DNA of 64,000 bases from an uncultured Bacilli bacterium (GCA_947625505.1 CANQON010000002.1:73984-137983); one strand, 5' to 3'. Shown: positions 36,588-47,987, counted from the stretch's first letter. The notes: generated by a model not told the origin, from the sequence alone. Program-made: numbers and translations.

Positions 36588-38141
36588 ATGAATAAAAAAA
36601 TTAAAATTATTCTTTCAATAATCTTATTAATTCTTATATTAATGGGTATTATTTTTATTATTTATAATAAAATTAGTAATGTATCTGATGTTATATCTAA
36701 TGAAGATATTATTAAAATTTCAATAACTGATTTATTCTGGTGGGAAAAATTAATAATATTCTTTATGATAAGTATATTTATATTTATGCTTTTAAATCTA
36801 GGAAGATTAGTCTTTAATATAACATCTTCTCATAAATTATTTATTATTAGTTTAATTATAAGTATTATATTAGGACTTATTTTAACTTTAGTTATTTCAT
36901 ATAATATAAATCAATATATGAGTAAACATCAAAGAATGGCTAGTGATAAAACGTCAGTTATTGTTTTACCTAAAGCTAAATATGAATTAGTAACATCTAA
37001 ATCGATAAATAATACTAATTTTTATTATAATAAAAGTGATGAGAATGTCTTTCTTATTAAGAATGGTATTAACGTTAATATAAGTAATAGTATTATTACC
37101 AAAGCAGGCTCTAGTAAAGATATTATGCTTAGTAAAATATATGGTGTTAATGCGGGAATATTAGTATTAAAAGATTCTAAATTAACGATTGATAATAGTA
37201 TAGTTACTACATCATCTAAAGGAAGTATTGGATTATTTAGTGCTTTAACTAATTCATCAATTGAAGCTAATAATGTAACAATTGAAACATCAAATAATAA
37301 TAGTCCTTGTATCGGAACATCTTTTAATAGCTCATTTATTGGTAATAATTTATCTTTAAAAACATCTCTAACAAGTAGTGAAGCTATTAGATGTACTAAT
37401 GGTAGTAAAGTAGAAATTACGGAATCTGATATAACAACTAATGCGACTAATTCACCATTTATTTATACAGATAGTGAAGTATCTTTATTATCATCTTTAG
37501 GTACTAGTAAAACATCTATGTTTGCAGTTATTAATGATAATGGCTATGTTAATATAAGAAATTCTAATTTAAAAGCTGCAGGATTAGAATATGAAGATGA
37601 AGTAGGTGCAGGATTCTTAATTAGAAAAGTAAGTAATAATTCTAAAAAAGCTAAATTAAGTATTTATAAATCTACTTTAGAAATATATGATTATATAGAT
37701 GATTACCATGATATACCTTTAATTTATATTAAAGATAATGATGCTGATATTAATATTGAAAATACTAATATTAATTATAGCCAAAATAATTTTATGGTAA
37801 TAAATAATCGTAATGATGTTACTTTAACTACTAAAAATCAATCATTAATAGGTAATATCTTATTTAATAATAATGGTAATTTAGTCTTTAATTTAGATAT
37901 GACTAATTATAAAGGCATCATAAATAGTAATAAAAAAGGTAAGGTAACATTAAATATTGATAATGATAGTACTATTACTTTAACAGGTAATTCGTATGTA
38001 TCTGTTATTAATGATGAAAAAGAATCATATAATAATATTATTACTAATGGTTATACTTTATACTATGATCGTAAATTAAATCCTAAGTTAAATGGTAAGA
38101 CCATTATCCTTGATAAGGGAGGTAAATTAGAGGGTATTTAA
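36588..38141 (+). CDS. Membrane protein with an extracytoplasmic beta-helix-like repeat domain (unknown function)
   Basis: Three N-terminal TM helices, followed by ~400 aa of N/S/T/I-rich ~22-aa turns (NVNISNSIITKAG...; LTIDNSIVTTSSKGS...; IEANNVTIETSNNNS...). Confidence 0.5.
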   Translation: MNKKIKIILSIILLILILMGIIFIIYNKISNVSDVISNEDIIKISITDLFWWEKLIIFFMISIFIFMLLNLGRLVFNITSSHKLFIISLIISIILGLILTLVISYNINQYMSKHQRMASDKTSVIVLPKAKYELVTSKSINNTNFYYNKSDENVFLIKNGINVNISNSIITKAGSSKDIMLSKIYGVNAGILVLKDSKLTIDNSIVTTSSKGSIGLFSALTNSSIEANNVTIETSNNNSPCIGTSFNSSFIGNNLSLKTSLTSSEAIRCTNGSKVEITESDITTNATNSPFIYTDSEVSLLSSLGTSKTSMFAVINDNGYVNIRNSNLKAAGLEYEDEVGAGFLIRKVSNNSKKAKLSIYKSTLEIYDYIDDYHDIPLIYIKDNDADINIENTNINYSQNNFMVINNRNDVTLTTKNQSLIGNILFNNNGNLVFNLDMTNYKGIINSNKKGKVTLNIDNDSTITLTGNSYVSVINDEKESYNNIITNGYTLYYDRKLNPKLNGKTIILDKGGKLEGI

Positions 38142-38239
38142 TCCTCTTTTTATTTGACACTTACTTAGTGATAAGTGATAATTATATATTTTTTTAAATA
38201 TAATTATGGTATAATGAGATAAAGAAATGGGTGAATAAG

Positions 38240-39322
38240 GTGCGTGTAATTATTAGTGCTGGAGGAACAGGAGGACATATATATCCTGCCTTAGCTATTA
38301 TTAACAAAATTAAAGAGCATGAACCAAATAGTGAATTCCTATATATAGGTACACATGATCGTATGGAAAAAGATATTGTACCTAAACGTGGTATTCCTTT
38401 TGAATCAATTGAAATATATGGCTTTAATCGTCAACACTTATTACGTAATTTTAAAGTAGCATACCATTTATATAAAAGTCGTAAAAAATGTCGTAAATTA
38501 ATTAAATCTTTTAATCCTGATATTGTTATTGGGGTAGGAGGATATGTTACAGTACCTGTTATAAGTATGGCTCATAAATTAGGTTATCGAACTTTTATTC
38601 ATGAACAAAATAGTATTCCAGGTGCTTCTAATATTTATTTATCTAAAATAGTAGATAAAATAGGTATATCTATGAAATCATCGATAGATAAATTTCCTAA
38701 AGATAAAGTTGTCTTTACAGGTAATCCTTGTAGTGAAGACGCTATTAAAAAAGAACCTATGGATAAAACGAAATTAGGTTTAACACCTAATAAGAAATTA
38801 GTCTTAATAGTTATGGGTTCTTTGGGAGCTAGTACTATAAATAATTTAATGGTTGAAACATTACCAAAGGTTTCTAAAGAAAGTTATGAAGTTGTTTTTG
38901 TAACAGGTAAACAAGATTATGAAGAAATAAGTAAGAATAGTTTTCCTAGTAATGTAAAAGTAGTGCCTTATATTGATGGTATGACAGGTTTAATGAAGAA
39001 TACCGATTTAATGGTTACGAGAGCAGGAGCTTCTACTTTAAGTGAGATAATAGCGCTTAGAGTGCCTTCTATTTTAATACCTAGCCCTTATGTACCTAAT
39101 AATCATCAATATATGAATGCTTTAGATTTAGTTAATGTTAAAGCAGCCCAAATGATTGAAGAGAAAGATTTGTCTTCCACAACTTTAATTAATAAAATAA
39201 ATGAAATATTATATGATCACAATCAATTAAAAGAGATGCGTGATAATTTAGTTTCTTTAGGTGTTAATGATAGTGGAGAACTTATATATAACTCTTTACA
39301 AGATTTAATAGAAAGAAAATGA
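38240..39322 (+). CDS. murG: UDP-GlcNAc:lipid I N-acetylglucosaminyltransferase MurG
   Basis: Motifs SAGGTGGHIYPALA, GGYV and TRAGASTLSE. The track starts at GTG 38231; GTG 38240 is better spaced from GGGTGA. Confidence 0.9.
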   Translation: MRVIISAGGTGGHIYPALAIINKIKEHEPNSEFLYIGTHDRMEKDIVPKRGIPFESIEIYGFNRQHLLRNFKVAYHLYKSRKKCRKLIKSFNPDIVIGVGGYVTVPVISMAHKLGYRTFIHEQNSIPGASNIYLSKIVDKIGISMKSSIDKFPKDKVVFTGNPCSEDAIKKEPMDKTKLGLTPNKKLVLIVMGSLGASTINNLMVETLPKVSKESYEVVFVTGKQDYEEISKNSFPSNVKVVPYIDGMTGLMKNTDLMVTRAGASTLSEIIALRVPSILIPSPYVPNNHQYMNALDLVNVKAAQMIEEKDLSSTTLINKINEILYDHNQLKEMRDNLVSLGVNDSGELIYNSLQDLIERK

Positions 39323-40221
39323 TTATGAATATTATTGAAAAGATAAAAGAACTTAATATTGGGGAAGTTATCGAGAATGTTAATCTTACAAGTTATACAA
39401 CATATCGAGCAGGAGGAACAGCTTTAGGAATGGTCTTCCCTGATGATGAAATAGGTCTAATTGAATTAATTAAATTATTAAGAAGTGAAAACATTAAATA
39501 TAAGATTATTGGAAGAGGATCTAATCTTATCTTTAATAGTGGATTATATAATGGTATTTTAATTAAATTAGATCATTTTGATAATTTAGTAATAGATGGT
39601 AATGAAATAACAGTAGGAGCAGGATATCAATTAATCAAGCTCGCTACTAGATTATCACGTATTGGTTATACAGGATTAGAGTTCGCAACAGGTATTCCAG
39701 GTACGATTGGAGGCGCTGTCTTTATGAATGCAGGTGCCTATAAAAGTGATATGGGATATATAGTTAGTAAAATAAAAGTTATAACTCCTGATTTACGTAT
39801 TAAGGAATTAACTAATCGAGATTTAGATTTTCATTATCGCTCTTCTTTTTTACAAAAACATCCTGATTATATATGTATTGAAGCAACTCTTTTACTTCAT
39901 AAAGGCGATGTTGATGAGATTATGCAACTAATTGATGATCGTCGTAAAAGAAGAATAGCTTCACAGCCTTTAGAATATCCATCTGCAGGATCTGTTTTCC
40001 GTAATCCTGAAGGAGATTATGCAGGACGTTTAATTGAAGAGGCAGGTTTTAAAGGTAAAAAAGAAGGAGGAGCCATGGTTAGTACTAAGCATGCTAACTT
40101 TGTTATCAATGTTGATCATGCTACAGGCGAAGATATTAAAAAACTTATTCTTGATATACAAAAAACAATTAAAGAAAAATATAATATTGAATTAAAAATC
40201 GAACAAGAATTTGTAGAATAG
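39319..40221 (+). CDS. murB: UDP-N-acetylenolpyruvoylglucosamine reductase MurB
   Basis: Motifs YTTYRAGG, IGRGSNL, GIPGTIGGAVFMNAGAY and SAGSVFRNP. Confidence 0.95.
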   Translation: MIMNIIEKIKELNIGEVIENVNLTSYTTYRAGGTALGMVFPDDEIGLIELIKLLRSENIKYKIIGRGSNLIFNSGLYNGILIKLDHFDNLVIDGNEITVGAGYQLIKLATRLSRIGYTGLEFATGIPGTIGGAVFMNAGAYKSDMGYIVSKIKVITPDLRIKELTNRDLDFHYRSSFLQKHPDYICIEATLLLHKGDVDEIMQLIDDRRKRRIASQPLEYPSAGSVFRNPEGDYAGRLIEEAGFKGKKEGGAMVSTKHANFVINVDHATGEDIKKLILDIQKTIKEKYNIELKIEQEFVE

Positions 40222-40229
40222 AGGGGACT

Positions 40230-40904
40230 ATGTCAAAGGTAATCCAGAAGAAAAAACGTGTTAGATATAAAGTAAAAAATATTTTAATATGCTTATTTAG
40301 TTTTATTTTTATTATTGGTGCTATTATCTATACTGCTAATCATAGAATAACCAATATATATATTGAAGGAAATAAAATGCTTAGTGATCAAGATATTATT
40401 GATATGGCAGGCTTACATGATTATCCTAAATTATATAAAATAAGTCATGAACGTATTAAAAAGAAACTAAATAAGAGTATTTATATATCTAATGTATCTA
40501 TCAGTCGACATAATTTTTTCCGAGAGATTACTATTCATATTGATGAGAATATCCCTTTAGTATACTATGCTTATAATGATGAATATTTATTAAAAGATGG
40601 TACAGCAACTAAGGAGAATTTTGATGTACCTACGATTATTAATCAAGTACCTGAAAGTATTTTAACTAAATTACTTAGAGAATTAAGTAAATTAGATAGT
40701 GATGTATTATATCGTATATCGGAAATAAGATATGTTGATGAGGATTTATTCTTTCTTACAATGACAGATGGTAATGGCGTTAATATTAATATAAAGAATT
40801 TTAATAAGTTAAATGATTATCTAGATATATTAAGAAGATTAGATAAAAGTAAGGGTATACTAAATTTAGATCGTGGCGATTATTTAACTAAATACAAAGA
40901 TTAA
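40230..40904 (+). CDS. divIB: Cell division protein DivIB/FtsQ
   Basis: A single TM helix followed by a POTRA-like ITNIYIEGNKMLSDQDII. Lies between murB and ftsA. Confidence 0.75.
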   Translation: MSKVIQKKKRVRYKVKNILICLFSFIFIIGAIIYTANHRITNIYIEGNKMLSDQDIIDMAGLHDYPKLYKISHERIKKKLNKSIYISNVSISRHNFFREITIHIDENIPLVYYAYNDEYLLKDGTATKENFDVPTIINQVPESILTKLLRELSKLDSDVLYRISEIRYVDEDLFFLTMTDGNGVNINIKNFNKLNDYLDILRRLDKSKGILNLDRGDYLTKYKD

Positions 40905-40921
40905 TTCTTTGTATTTTTTTG
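40892..40921 (+). terminator. Rho-independent terminator
   Basis: Stem ATACAAAGA / TCTTTGTAT with loop TTAAT, followed by T7. A TTTACA-17 nt-TATAAT promoter for ftsA follows. Confidence 0.7.
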
Positions 40922-40995
40922 TGATTTTAAGAAAACTTTTTACATTTTAAGTAATTTATAGTATAATTGTTATGTAGACTATAGGAGATGATTAT

Positions 40996-42258
40996 ATGAA
41001 GCATATTTATACTAGTCTTGATATTGGATCTGATAGTATAAAGGTTGTTGTTTGTGAATTATTTCAAAATAAACTTAATTTATTAGCAGCATCTTCATAT
41101 AAAGCAAATGGTATTAAAAAAGGATTAATAGCTGATCCTGATGCAGCCTCTAAAAGTATTAAAGGCGCTATTAAAGAAGTAGAAGATATCTTAGGTATTA
41201 AGATAGATAAAGTTATTGCTTCTGTACCTAGTTATTTTGCTGAATATTCTGTAGTTAAAGGTGAGATAGATATTGAGGTTGAAGGTAATGCTGTACCTGT
41301 AACCCGTGATCATATTAGAGAAGTTCTAGATAAGGCAGCTGCCTCTAAAGAATTAAATAATCATGAGATTGTAACAGCTATACCTGTTGATTTTCGTCTA
41401 GATGATGAAACAGGTATTAAAGAACCATTAAATAATATGGGAAAAAAATTAGGTGTTAGAGCAATTCTTGTTACAACACCTAAAAAGAATATCTATTCTG
41501 TTGTTGGTTTATTAGAAAATATTGGTATTACAACTGTCGATATATCAATTAATAGTATTGGAGACTTATATGCTTTTAAAAATAAAAATATTGATAAAAC
41601 TGTAGGCGCTATTATAAATATTGGAAGTGAAACAACAACCGTATCACTTTATAATCGTGGTATTATCGTTAAAAGCTCTATAATAAATATGGGAGGTAAA
41701 CATATCGATAATGATATCTCTTATATGTATAAAACAGATGCTGAAACAGCAACTGATTTAAAACTTCATTTTGCTTTAGCGCATAAGAGAAACGCTAGTA
41801 CTAGTGATATGCATGAAATAAAAACAGCTTATGATGATGAATTACGTATTAATCAATTTGAGATATCAGAGATTGTTTCTTCAAGGCTAGAAGAGATTCT
41901 TAACTTAGCTAAAAAAGAGATTAATATATTGACAAGCAAGACAATTGATTATATTATTATAACAGGGGGTACAAGTAATATGGCCGATATTGAATATATC
42001 GCTAGTGATGTATTTGGTAAGGATGTAAGTATTGGTAATATTAAGTTAGTTGGTATCCGTGATAATAAATATTCATCATGTGTTGGAAATATTGTTTACT
42101 TTATTAATAAATTAAAGTTAAAAGGTCAATCATTTTCAATGATTAGTAATGAGGATGCATCTTTGTTAGCAAGTATTCGTAAAAGCTATCAAGAGATTAA
42201 CAACGAAAAAATGCTAGGACGCTTGATGGAATATTTCTTAGCGAATAGGAGGATATAA
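40996..42258 (+). CDS. ftsA: Cell division protein FtsA
   Basis: Actin-like N-terminus [12 protein letters not shown], motif ITGGTSNM, and synteny with ftsZ. Confidence 0.95.
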   Translation: MKHIYTSLDIGSDSIKVVVCELFQNKLNLLAASSYKANGIKKGLIADPDAASKSIKGAIKEVEDILGIKIDKVIASVPSYFAEYSVVKGEIDIEVEGNAVPVTRDHIREVLDKAAASKELNNHEIVTAIPVDFRLDDETGIKEPLNNMGKKLGVRAILVTTPKKNIYSVVGLLENIGITTVDISINSIGDLYAFKNKNIDKTVGAIINIGSETTTVSLYNRGIIVKSSIINMGGKHIDNDISYMYKTDAETATDLKLHFALAHKRNASTSDMHEIKTAYDDELRINQFEISEIVSSRLEEILNLAKKEINILTSKTIDYIIITGGTSNMADIEYIASDVFGKDVSIGNIKLVGIRDNKYSSCVGNIVYFINKLKLKGQSFSMISNEDASLLASIRKSYQEINNEKMLGRLMEYFLANRRI

Positions 42259-42263
42259 ATAGT

Positions 42264-43334
42264 ATGTTTGGATTAGAAATGGATCAAATCGCAAAGATTA
42301 AAGTTATAGGTGTCGGTGGCGGTGGTAATAACGCTGTTAACCGTATGATAGATTCTGGAGTTAAAGGAGTAGAATTCATTGTAGCGAATACAGATTTACA
42401 AGTATTAAATGTTTCTAAAGCTCCTGTAAAAATACAAATAGGTGAAGCCTTAACAGGTGGAAGAGGAGCAGGCGCTAAACCAGAAATTGGTCGTGAAGCT
42501 GCTATGGAAAGTAAAAAAGAAATTGAAGATGCTTTATCTGGTGCTGATATGGTTTTTATCACTTGTGGAATGGGTGGTGGAACGGGTACAGGAGCTGCTC
42601 CTGTTATTGCCCAAATAGCTCAAGAATTAGGTGCTTTAACTGTAGGTATTGTTACTAAACCTTTCTCATTTGAAGGTAAAAAACGTATGGAACAAGCTAT
42701 TGAAGGCTTAGAAGAGTTAAAGAAAAACGTTGATACTTTAATCGTTATACCTAATGATCGTTTAAGAGAGATAATTGATAAGAAGACACCATTACTAGAG
42801 TCATTTAGAGAAGTAGATAATGTTTTAAGACGTGGTGTTCAATCTATATCTGATTTAATTGCTGTAGCAGGATTAATTAACTTAGACTTTGCTGATGTTA
42901 AGACAGTTATGGAAAAACGTGGAAATGCTCTTATTGGTATTGGTATAGGTCAAGGAGAGAATAGAGCTACTGAGGCTGCTCGTCAAGCTGTTGCTAGTCC
43001 ACTTCTTGAAACTAGTATTGCGGGAGCAACTGATGCTATTATAAATGTAACTGGTGGTAGTAACTTAACTTTATTTGAAGTAGAAGAAGCTAATGAGGTA
43101 GTTCGTACAAGTGCTAATACAGATATGAATACTATCTTTGGAGCTGTTATTAATGAAAATTTAAATGATGAGATTATCGTAACTGTTATCGCTACAGGAT
43201 TTGAAGAAAAGAGTGAACCTTTATATCATTCATATTCTCGTCCTGAAGATCCAGAAGAACGTAATACTAGTGATGATTCTTCTGATGATGATAGTGGTAT
43301 TCCAACATTCTTAAGAAAAAGAGGAGGATTTTAA
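42264..43334 (+). CDS. ftsZ: Cell division GTPase FtsZ
   Basis: Motifs [32 protein letters not shown] and NLDFADV. C-terminal peptide IPTFLRKR. Confidence 0.98.
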   Translation: MFGLEMDQIAKIKVIGVGGGGNNAVNRMIDSGVKGVEFIVANTDLQVLNVSKAPVKIQIGEALTGGRGAGAKPEIGREAAMESKKEIEDALSGADMVFITCGMGGGTGTGAAPVIAQIAQELGALTVGIVTKPFSFEGKKRMEQAIEGLEELKKNVDTLIVIPNDRLREIIDKKTPLLESFREVDNVLRRGVQSISDLIAVAGLINLDFADVKTVMEKRGNALIGIGIGQGENRATEAARQAVASPLLETSIAGATDAIINVTGGSNLTLFEVEEANEVVRTSANTDMNTIFGAVINENLNDEIIVTVIATGFEEKSEPLYHSYSRPEDPEERNTSDDSSDDDSGIPTFLRKRGGF

Positions 43335-43358
43335 TAATTCTCCTTTTTAATATAAAAC

Positions 43359-43385
43359 GACATAAATTATTATGTCTTTTTTTTA
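43359..43385 (+). terminator. Rho-independent terminator after ftsZ
   Basis: Stem GACATAA / TTATGTC with loop ATTA, followed by T8. Confidence 0.75.
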
Positions 43386-43404
43386 TAATTAAATAGGTGA
43401 TAAG

Positions 43405-44181
43405 ATGAAAATTTATCTAGATCTTGTTTTATTAATTAATTTCTTTTTTGATTTTATCTTACTTATGAGTGTAGGCATTATTTTAAAAAGAAAGATTAAT
43501 ATTAAATATATATCCTTGGGAGCTTTTATAGGTAGTTTAAGTATTCTAATTTTATTTTTTAATATTCCTAATTTTTTATTATTTATCCTAAAAATTATAT
43601 TTAGTATTTTAATGCTTTTGGTAGCGTATCCTAAAGGTGATCTTAGATATCAATTTTATAATTTAATTATCTTTTATATAACAAGTATTTTTTTAGGAGG
43701 ATGTCTTTATATGCTTAATATCAATATGAATTATAATCATGTAGGCATAATCTTTATTCATAATGGTATAAGTATTAATTTTATTGTTTTATTACTCTTA
43801 AGTCCGATAATTATCTATCTATATATAAAAAATACCCAAATGATTAAGAATAAATATAATAATTACTATTTAACTAAGATTAAGATTTCTAATCATGAAA
43901 TAACAGGTACAGGATATATAGATAGTGGAAATAACTTATCATTTAAAGGTAAACCTATTATCTTAATCGATAAAAGAAAAGTTATTTTTTTAAATGAGGG
44001 ATACCGAATTATTCCTTATAAAGTTGTCAATAAGATATTGATGTTAAAAATATATAAATGTGAGGAAGTGATAATAAATAATAAAGTAATTAAAAATATT
44101 TATTTAGGTTTAAGCGATGAGAAGTTTAATATTGATGGCGTAGATATTTTATTAAATAATAAATTAATGGAGGATCTATGA
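43405..44181 (+). CDS. spoIIGA: Sporulation sigma-E processing peptidase SpoIIGA
   Basis: N-terminus MKIYLDLVLLINFFFDFILLM, 5 TM helices, aspartic-protease-like YIDSGNNL, and position directly upstream of sigE. Confidence 0.85.
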   Translation: MKIYLDLVLLINFFFDFILLMSVGIILKRKINIKYISLGAFIGSLSILILFFNIPNFLLFILKIIFSILMLLVAYPKGDLRYQFYNLIIFYITSIFLGGCLYMLNINMNYNHVGIIFIHNGISINFIVLLLLSPIIIYLYIKNTQMIKNKYNNYYLTKIKISNHEITGTGYIDSGNNLSFKGKPIILIDKRKVIFLNEGYRIIPYKVVNKILMLKIYKCEEVIINNKVIKNIYLGLSDEKFNIDGVDILLNNKLMEDL

Positions 44182-44855
44182 TTAAAAAAATTATAAGTTT
44201 TATTAAGTTATTTTTTATTAAACATATTTATTATGTAGGCAGTTTAGATAAGTTACCTGAACCTTTAACGAAAGAAGAGGAAGTATATTATGTTAAAGAA
44301 GGAACTAAAGAAGCTAAAAATAAACTTATTGAACATAACTTACGCTTAGTTGTCTTTTTAGCTAAAAAGTATGAAAATACAGGTATTGATTTAGAAGATT
44401 TAGTTAGTATAGGAACGATAGGTCTTATTAAAGGCGTTGATACCTATAATTTAGATAAAAATATTAAATTAGCAACTTATGCTTCCCGTTGTATAGATAA
44501 TGAAATATTAATGTATTTAAGGAAAAATAAAAAAAGAAAAGGCGAAATTAGTTTTGAAGATAGTTTAAGTTATGATTCCGAAGGCAATGAGTTAAGATTA
44601 GAAGATATATTAGGTACTGATGATGATATTGTGACACGTGATTTAGAAAGAGAGATAGAAAAGAAATTACTATATGAAGAAATAGATAAATTAAATCCTC
44701 GTGATAAAGAGATTATGATTATGCGTTATGGCTTAAATAATCATAAAGAATTAACCCAAAAGGAAGTGGCTAATATATTAGGCATTAGTCAGTCTTATAT
44801 ATCTCGTATTGAAAAGAAAGTAATAAATAAATTACAAGTATTAAATAAATATTAA
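44178..44855 (+). CDS. sigE: Sporulation sigma factor SigE (pro-sigma-E)
   Basis: Pro-sequence followed by YYVGSLDKLPEPLTKEEE. Region 2 is NLRLVVFLAKKY...DLVSIGTIGLIKGVDTYN. Region 4 is QKEVANILGISQSYISRIEKK. Confidence 0.9.
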   Translation: MIKKIISFIKLFFIKHIYYVGSLDKLPEPLTKEEEVYYVKEGTKEAKNKLIEHNLRLVVFLAKKYENTGIDLEDLVSIGTIGLIKGVDTYNLDKNIKLATYASRCIDNEILMYLRKNKKRKGEISFEDSLSYDSEGNELRLEDILGTDDDIVTRDLEREIEKKLLYEEIDKLNPRDKEIMIMRYGLNNHKELTQKEVANILGISQSYISRIEKKVINKLQVLNKY

Positions 44856-44875
44856 GACATTAATGTCTTTTTTTC
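44854..44875 (+). terminator. Rho-independent terminator
   Basis: Stem AAGACA / TGTCTT with loop TTAA, followed by T7. Confidence 0.65.
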
Positions 44876-44934
44876 TTGTCAAAAAGAGTTTGTTATTATA
44901 TACTTATAATTGACTAAGAGAAATGAGTGATAAC

Positions 44935-46524
44935 ATGTTAATAGTAGATAATGTTGGATTAAGATTTGGTAAAAGAGTATTATTTGATAATGTTAATTTA
45001 AAATTTGAAGGTGATAACTGTTATGGTGTTATAGGCGCTAATGGAGCAGGAAAATCAACATTCTTAAAGATATTAAGTGGTGAGATTGATTCCACTAGTG
45101 GCGAAGTTATCATTGGTAAAGGAGAACGTTTATCCGTTTTACTTCAAAATCATAATGCATATGATGATTATAATGTTATAGATACTGTTATTATGGGTGA
45201 TAAAGAATTATATGATATTAAAACAGAAAAAGAAGCATTATATATGAAAGAAGATTTTACCAATGAAGATGGTATGCGTGCAGGTATCTTAGAAGATTTA
45301 TTCTTAAAGAAAAATGGTTGGCAAGCTGAATCTGATGCAGCCATTCTTCTTACAGGATTAGGGGTAGATATAAGCCTTCATAATAAGATGATGCGTGATT
45401 TAAAAGAATCAGATAAAGTTAAAGTAATGCTTGCCAGGGCACTATTTGGCGAACCTGATATTTTATTATTAGATGAACCTACTAATGGTTTAGATTTAGA
45501 TAGTAAGAATTGGTTAGAAGAGTTTTTGTTAGATTTTAAAAATACTGTTATTGTTATATCTCATGATCGTCATTTCTTAAATAAAGTATGTACGCATATG
45601 TTAGATATTGATTATGAAAAAATAACTTTATTTGCCGGTAATTATGATTTTTGGTATGAATCTAGTCAATTAATTCAAAAACAAATGCGTGAATCAAATA
45701 AAAAGAAAGAAGAAAGAATTGCGGAATTACAGGATTTTATTCGAAGATTTAGTGCGAATGCCTCAAAGTCTAAACAAGCTACGAGTCGTAAAAAATCATT
45801 AGAGAAAATTCAGTTAGAAGAAATACGTCCTAGTAGTCGTAAATATCCTTATATAAATTTTGAACCAGAAAAAGTATTAGGTAAAGAAGTTATTCATTTT
45901 GATCACGTCAATAAAGATATTGATGGCATACCTGTAATTAAGAATATGCGTTTAACTATTAAACCTGGTGATAAAATAGCTTTAATTGGTAATAATGAAT
46001 TAGCTAAAACAACATTACTTCGTTTATTATCAGGAGATTTAATGCCTGACAGTGGAGAAATTAAAATAGGGGTAACAGTTACGAGATCATATTATCCTAA
46101 AAATAATGATGCCTATTTTAAGAATGATGTTAATATGATTGAATGGTTAAGAGAATATTCAACGAATAAAGAAGAGACATTCGTAAGAGGATTTCTAGGC
46201 AGAATGCTATTTAGTGGAGATGAAACTTTAAAAAAAGTTAATGTATTATCAGGAGGAGAAAAAGTAAGATGCATGTTATCTAAAATGATGTTAGAACACG
46301 CTAATACCTTATTTTTAGATGAACCTACTAATCATTTAGATATGGAAAGTATTTCAGCACTCAATGAAGGATTAGAACGTTTTACAGGGTGTGTTGTCTT
46401 TACAAGTTATGATCAACAGTTAATTGAAACAGTAGCGAATCGTATTATTGATATAAAAGATGATGGTAGTTATATCGATAAAGAAGTTACTTATGAGGAA
46501 TATATGAAAAGATATGCAAAATAA
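44935..46524 (+). CDS. ABC-F family ATPase (two ABC cassettes, no membrane domain)
   Basis: Track ORF is 44923..46524. I prefer ATG 44935. Walker A motif GANGAGKST. Two signature motifs (the second is LSGGEKVR) and two Walker B motifs (LLLDEPTN, LFLDEPTN). Charged interdomain linker. Confidence 0.9.
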   Translation: MLIVDNVGLRFGKRVLFDNVNLKFEGDNCYGVIGANGAGKSTFLKILSGEIDSTSGEVIIGKGERLSVLLQNHNAYDDYNVIDTVIMGDKELYDIKTEKEALYMKEDFTNEDGMRAGILEDLFLKKNGWQAESDAAILLTGLGVDISLHNKMMRDLKESDKVKVMLARALFGEPDILLLDEPTNGLDLDSKNWLEEFLLDFKNTVIVISHDRHFLNKVCTHMLDIDYEKITLFAGNYDFWYESSQLIQKQMRESNKKKEERIAELQDFIRRFSANASKSKQATSRKKSLEKIQLEEIRPSSRKYPYINFEPEKVLGKEVIHFDHVNKDIDGIPVIKNMRLTIKPGDKIALIGNNELAKTTLLRLLSGDLMPDSGEIKIGVTVTRSYYPKNNDAYFKNDVNMIEWLREYSTNKEETFVRGFLGRMLFSGDETLKKVNVLSGGEKVRCMLSKMMLEHANTLFLDEPTNHLDMESISALNEGLERFTGCVVFTSYDQQLIETVANRIIDIKDDGSYIDKEVTYEEYMKRYAK

Positions 46525-47203
46525 TGTATTTATTAAAAATAATATTGAAAAAGTTATAAGAGGGGAATATACTGATTTTTTAGATCCTATTGAAAGAAAA
46601 ACAATTATTGGATTATTAAATAAGAAACATATATCTTATCAAGAATTTATTCCTTATAAGGATGCAACTAAAACAATTATTTATCAAAGTTATCCTAAAG
46701 TTAGTTTATTAAAAATTAATAGTAAGTTACCTTTAAAACATAATGAAATATTAGGCGCTTTATTTAGTCATAATATTGTACCTCATAAATATGGAGATAT
46801 TATTATTGATGATAATCAATATATTATTATCTTAGATAGTATTAAAAAGTATTTATTATTAAATTTTAAAGAAATAGGCAATAATCATATTTCTTTAGAA
46901 GAAATAAATTTGAATGAAATAAGTAATTATGAAGTTAAATATGAAGAAAAAGAATTAGTTGTAAGTAGTTTAAGATTAGATAATCTCGTTTCTCATCTTA
47001 CTAATAAAAGTCGTAATGGTGTTGATGAGATGTTTAAAAGCAAATATATTTTAGTTAATTATTTAATAACTAATAAAAAAACATATATTGTTAAAGATAA
47101 TGATATTATTAGTATTCGTCATTATGGTAAGTATTTATTTAAGGAAATAATTAAAAAAACAGCTAAAGGGCACTATATAATAAAAATTTGTAAATATAAA
47201 TAA
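46514..47203 (+). CDS. YlmH-like RNA-binding protein (S4 domain)
   Basis: C-terminal S4-like segment LRLDNLVSHLTNKSRNGVDEMFKSKYILVNY...DIISIRHYGKY. Confidence 0.6.
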   Translation: MQNNVFIKNNIEKVIRGEYTDFLDPIERKTIIGLLNKKHISYQEFIPYKDATKTIIYQSYPKVSLLKINSKLPLKHNEILGALFSHNIVPHKYGDIIIDDNQYIIILDSIKKYLLLNFKEIGNNHISLEEINLNEISNYEVKYEEKELVVSSLRLDNLVSHLTNKSRNGVDEMFKSKYILVNYLITNKKTYIVKDNDIISIRHYGKYLFKEIIKKTAKGHYIIKICKYK

Positions 47204-47246
47204 AGTATGCTAAAATATTTACTCGTGGAGTTGAAATAAATTTTAT

Positions 47247-47987
47247 ATGTCGGAAGATTATTATTATTTGAAAGATATTGTTTTTGCTTTAAGAAATGAA
47301 TATTTAAGAATTCAAAGTGAATTAGATAAATTAGAGGGAGTAATTATTCCTACTAATCCTAAATATCTAAAGGGAAGATTTACTATCAATAATGATGGAG
47401 GATATGATAATAATCATATCTTAATTACTTTATATGAAAGACAAAGAAAAATTAGTTCTATTTTAAAATCTATTAGTGGATATATTGATCAAGATGAACA
47501 TAAAAAGAAAATTAGATTAAATGATAAGTTATGTAATCCTCTTAAAGATATTGAACCTTTAAGTATGGGGACTAAAAGTTCATTATTAACTTTATTATCA
47601 GATCCATTTATTTCTGATACACCTAGTACGGAACTATTATGTTATCCTTATTTAGCGCATTTTGATCTAGGACCTAATCATATTAAAGTTTTATCAAGAA
47701 TGATTACAGGTAATCCAGGATTTTTATTTATGTATGATGCTTTTGATGATAATATAAGCTTTATAACTAGAGAGTATCATAGTCAAGAATTATTAAATAG
47801 TATTTTACATATTAGAATTAATAGAGATATTATATCTAGTTATCATCAAGAAATAATTGATAAAAGTCCTACTTTAGGAAAAGAAGTAGTTATCGCATCA
47901 CCAATTAGACGTCGAATAAGTAATTTTGGTGGTAATACCTTATCTATTCAAGAAACTGAAAAGCAAATAATATTACAAAAAAAATAA
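47247..47987 (+). CDS. Hypothetical protein (246 aa)
   Basis: Long ORF with typical codon usage. No motif recognised. Confidence 0.5.
   Translation: MSEDYYYLKDIVFALRNEYLRIQSELDKLEGVIIPTNPKYLKGRFTINNDGGYDNNHILITLYERQRKISSILKSISGYIDQDEHKKKIRLNDKLCNPLKDIEPLSMGTKSSLLTLLSDPFISDTPSTELLCYPYLAHFDLGPNHIKVLSRMITGNPGFLFMYDAFDDNISFITREYHSQELLNSILHIRINRDIISSYHQEIIDKSPTLGKEVVIASPIRRRISNFGGNTLSIQETEKQIILQKK

Noticed and set aside
43340-43404. A Spo0A box upstream of spoIIGA (AACGACA, one mismatch to the reverse complement of TGTCGAA).
   Set aside because: It is a single imperfect heptamer embedded in the ftsZ terminator stem. That is not sufficient evidence on its own.
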